From: Promethearchaeota archaeon
GTDB taxonomy: Archaea > Asgardarchaeota > Odinarchaeia > Odinarchaeales > JBHLKK01
DNA length: 9,001 bases
Direction: 5' to 3'
Assembly (NCBI GenBank): GCA_048939465.1
Contig: JBHLPL010000081.1
Span: forward strand, 1 to 9,001
Shown here: positions 6,891 to 9,001 of the stretch, in pieces
How positions within the stretch are numbered: the first letter of the stretch is position 1
Layout of the letters: every line of letters starts with the position of its first letter
Program-made: the position numbers and the translations under genes
Notes under the pieces: model-generated
Seen by the model: only the letters and a program-made list of their open reading frames with translations
Told to the model about the DNA's origin: nothing
The model's database searches: none

Positions 6891-7814
6891 TTACATGACT
6901 CCTAGTTTTTCTAACAGTGGTCTTGGGGATGTAGTGTGGGACTGAATTCCAAGAGTAGTGTATGGATCATGGCCCAAGAGGAGAGCAACAAGCTGTGATA
7001 AATGTAGTACAGGGATTCTGCTTTTAAGCAACTCCAGAGTTTCAAGCTCCGTTTGGGCTCTGTCATAGATATTAAGGCAGAATGGGCAGATTACGAGTAT
7101 CATATCTGCGTCTTCTTCAATGAAACTATCGATTTTTCTGCGGGTCACCTGCAACGACAAATCCCGATTCGTGTAACGCGAAATCCATCCACCCCCACAA
7201 CACAGATTTTTCTCCTTGTAATGAACAGGAGTAGCTCCAAATGATTCTACCAACTCGTCGAGGAACATGGGGTTCTTCGGATCATCTAAGAAGACATCCG
7301 AACATGATATAGTGTAATGGCAACCATAATGAATGGCAATTCTTGTCCCATTTAGAGGTACCTGAATATTCTCTTTGATTTTATCCTTTATTTTATAGAT
7401 AAACTCAGCGATGTGCCAGAATCTTATAGTCTCATTGTATCGTCGATCGATTCTTGCCAGAATCTTATTTATTCTTCTCATCAGGGAGGGATTTTCACGA
7501 GTAACAGTCTCAAAATGATTGAAAGTATTGAAACAAGCATTGCATAAGACGAGAACGTCTGATGTAAGTTCTTCGATTATGCTGAAGTTCCTGGCAACTG
7601 TGGCCAGCATGGTCTCCAAACCAGAAAGACTTGAAAAATACACATATCCACCACAACAGGTCTGGTCATCCGTGTCTACGAGCCCAATCCTCAATTTTCT
7701 TAGTATCGCTCTCGTGGACGCGTCAATTCCAGGATAGGTATCATTTGTAAGGCAACTCTTAAAGATGTAGAAAGGACCTTTGGTCGGAATCTCTTCTAGT
7801 CTCTTTTCATTCAC
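6891..7814 (-). CDS. hdrB: Heterodisulfide reductase subunit B-like protein (two CCG domains)
   Basis: 307 aa, GTG start. Two complete 5-Cys motifs: C21-X31-C53C54-X36-C91-X2-C94 and C165-X39-C205C206-X36-C243-X2-C246. Also YPGI, HYGCH and PVLHLSQL. Ends in tandem stops TAA TAG. Confidence 0.93.
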   Translation of the reverse strand: MNEKRLEEIPTKGPFYIFKSCLTNDTYPGIDASTRAILRKLRIGLVDTDDQTCCGGYVYFSSLSGLETMLATVARNFSIIEELTSDVLVLCNACFNTFNHFETVTRENPSLMRRINKILARIDRRYNETIRFWHIAEFIYKIKDKIKENIQVPLNGTRIAIHYGCHYTISCSDVFLDDPKNPMFLDELVESFGATPVHYKEKNLCCGGGWISRYTNRDLSLQVTRRKIDSFIEEDADMILVICPFCLNIYDRAQTELETLELLKSRIPVLHLSQLVALLLGHDPYTTLGIQSHTTSPRPLLEKLGVM

Positions 7815-7816
7815 GG

Positions 7817-8401
7817 CTATTCGCCTTTCTTATTCATAGGAGTGTGTTCTATGAAAAATATACATCTTTCCAGTTGTTTGTCAAATCCAGTTGCTTTAGC
7901 AATCACATTCAGTTCTCTTATTGCCTTTTTTGAGATGACCTTTTCAGGTAACCCCACTGATTTTCTGATACTTCTTATCCGTTCATCCATTCTGGTTGTG
8001 GCTCCGCTTTCGAGCATTCTTTTCCCGAATCTGATAAACATCTTGACATTCTCGCATCCAAGGCCGTGCTGAATAGCTTCAGACCTTAAAGCATGTATTA
8101 GTTTAGGAAGTTCTATTCCGTGAGGGCAGTGCAGCGCGCAGTTATAGCAGTCAAAACAATACCAGATCTCATTCCCTCCCAGCAACTCCCTTGATTGGCC
8201 AAAAAGAACATTTCTCACGATTTTCCTCATGTTGTAGGATGAATGTTGGGACGCAGGACAAATCCCTACGCATTTTCCACATTGGTAACATTTGGCAAAT
8301 ACGTCAGGCAGTCCCTTTTCGAGTAGTTGTTTGTAGAAATCCCAGCTCCATGATTTCGATGATTCGGCTCGCTTGTTAAACTCCAAAGCCAATGTTATCA
8401 C
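7817..8401 (-). CDS. hdrC: Heterodisulfide reductase subunit C-like protein (2x[4Fe-4S])
   Basis: 194 aa, GTG start. Motifs CYQCGKCVGICP and CFDCYNCALHCP, and an HdrC-type C-terminus (IRKSVGLPE...KATGFDK). Ends 2 nt before hdrB. Confidence 0.92.
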   Translation of the reverse strand: MITLALEFNKRAESSKSWSWDFYKQLLEKGLPDVFAKCYQCGKCVGICPASQHSSYNMRKIVRNVLFGQSRELLGGNEIWYCFDCYNCALHCPHGIELPKLIHALRSEAIQHGLGCENVKMFIRFGKRMLESGATTRMDERIRSIRKSVGLPEKVISKKAIRELNVIAKATGFDKQLERCIFFIEHTPMNKKGE

Positions 8402-8484
8402 GCCATAAAGATTTTAGGTCAGATTAATCGTATGGATTGAATAATATATCTATTGCGGTGATGAATTTGGGCATATATCACTTA
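8402..8484. promoter_or_regulatory. Compact divergent promoter region for hdrCB (-) and the fwdD-like gene (+)
   Basis: Two ATATATC elements at 8444-8450 and 8473-8479 read as TATA-like on either strand, and GGTGA is at 8457-8461. The right boundary depends on the true fwdD-like start. Confidence 0.45.
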
Positions 8485-8841
8485 TTGGTTCCCAAGATTG
8501 ATGTAACACTGATAACCATCAGAACGGCTGAGCAAGGTGCTGGAATTGATAAACCCATTAACGAGCGAGCCGAGCATATTGCAGTGTGCATGCTGAGCGA
8601 ACAGGATTATAAGACACTGGGACTGAAGAATGAAGACAGAGTAGAAGTAAAGACACAATATGGATCGGTAGTAGTTAAGGCTATTAATTCGAATGAAATG
8701 TCAAAGGGAATTGTGGCGATCCCCGTCGGTCCGTGGGCAAGTCGTGTGGTAGGCACCTCTAAAGGTAGAGCTGTACCGCATTTTAAGAACATTAAAGCAA
8801 CAGTTGAACGTACAGAAAGTGAAGTCACAGACGTTTTTTGA
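8461..8841 (+). CDS. fwdD: FwdD/FmdD-like protein (formylmethanofuran dehydrogenase subunit D; molybdopterin dinucleotide-binding domain)
   Basis: Motifs TLITIRTxEQG, LGLKNEDRVEVKTQYGSVVVKA, IPVGPWA and PHFKNIKATVE match the FwdD pattern. Start is uncertain: the track uses TTG 8437; alternatives are ATG 8461, TTG 8467 (5 nt after GGTGA) and TTG 8485 (best fit to usual FwdD length). Confidence 0.85.
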   Translation: MNLGIYHLLVPKIDVTLITIRTAEQGAGIDKPINERAEHIAVCMLSEQDYKTLGLKNEDRVEVKTQYGSVVVKAINSNEMSKGIVAIPVGPWASRVVGTSKGRAVPHFKNIKATVERTESEVTDVF

Positions 8842-9001
8842 TCCTTTTGACCTCTTTATCGATTCCTTCTACTTTTCCTAATTCCGCCCATCGACGCAGT
8901 TTCGCAGTTCTTAGCTCTTTGTAAAGAATATCGCCTATGTTTTTTAGGGTTTCTCTAGCCTTTGGACTTATCCTTGGCAATGGCTTAATTGGCATCGGCT
9001 T
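8825..9001 (-). CDS. C-terminal fragment of an unidentified gene entering from the right edge
   Basis: Not in the track. The frame is open for 58 codons to TGA at 8827-8825: KPMPIKPLPRISPKARETLKNIGDILYKELRTAKLRRWAELGKVEGIDKEVKRIKKRL*. The charged, helix-like composition fits a protein C-terminus. It overlaps the fwdD-like 3' end by 17 nt. Confidence 0.62.
   Translation of the reverse strand, partial: KPMPIKPLPRISPKARETLKNIGDILYKELRTAKLRRWAELGKVEGIDKEVKRIKKRL

Noticed and set aside
6891-8401. hdrCB looks locally more AT-rich than cdhA, hinting at horizontal acquisition
   Set aside because: Only spot impressions; no integrase, tRNA or flanking repeats seen. It would need GC3 and codon-usage comparison with the genome.
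8437-8460. TTG 8437 start given for the fwdD-like ORF
   Set aside because: It adds a non-homologous N-terminus running through the TATA-like element; a downstream start fits better.
6488-8828. ORFs 6488-6724 (-), 7053-7244, 7519-7737, 7842-8072, 8191-8379 (+) and 8607-8828 (-)
   Set aside because: Each is nested antisense in a better-supported gene (DUF166, hdrB, hdrC or fwdD-like).
1-9001. Evidence for methanogenesis, selenocysteine recoding, RNA genes, CRISPR arrays or IS elements
   Set aside because: cdh, hdrBC and fwdD also occur in non-methanogenic archaea and no mcr/mtr gene is in view. No in-frame TGA interrupts a conserved gene, and no tRNA/rRNA, spaced repeats or transposase were seen.

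Overview
Archaeal anaerobic-metabolism window with no mobile elements, RNA genes or CRISPR seen. The left two-thirds is a minus-strand acetyl-CoA decarbonylase/synthase (ACDS, CODH/ACS) operon, cdhA-cdhB-cdhC-cdhD-cdhE, with cdhE cut by the window edge and missing from the ORF track. The proteins look like those of Bathyarchaeia or related non-Euryarchaeal archaea; this is an impression, not a computed result. Divergent from cdhA is a DUF166-family gene. It converges on a minus-strand hdrC-hdrB pair with no adjacent hdrA. That pair is divergent from a lone fwdD-like gene (molybdopterin-dinucleotide-binding domain), which overlaps the 3' end of an unidentified minus-strand gene entering from the right. 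The most interesting points are the DUF166/hdrCB/fwdD-like block next to a cdh operon with no cooC in view, non-canonical loops in HdrB, and a short beta-strand-like motif shared by the flexible termini of CdhA, CdhC and CdhD.
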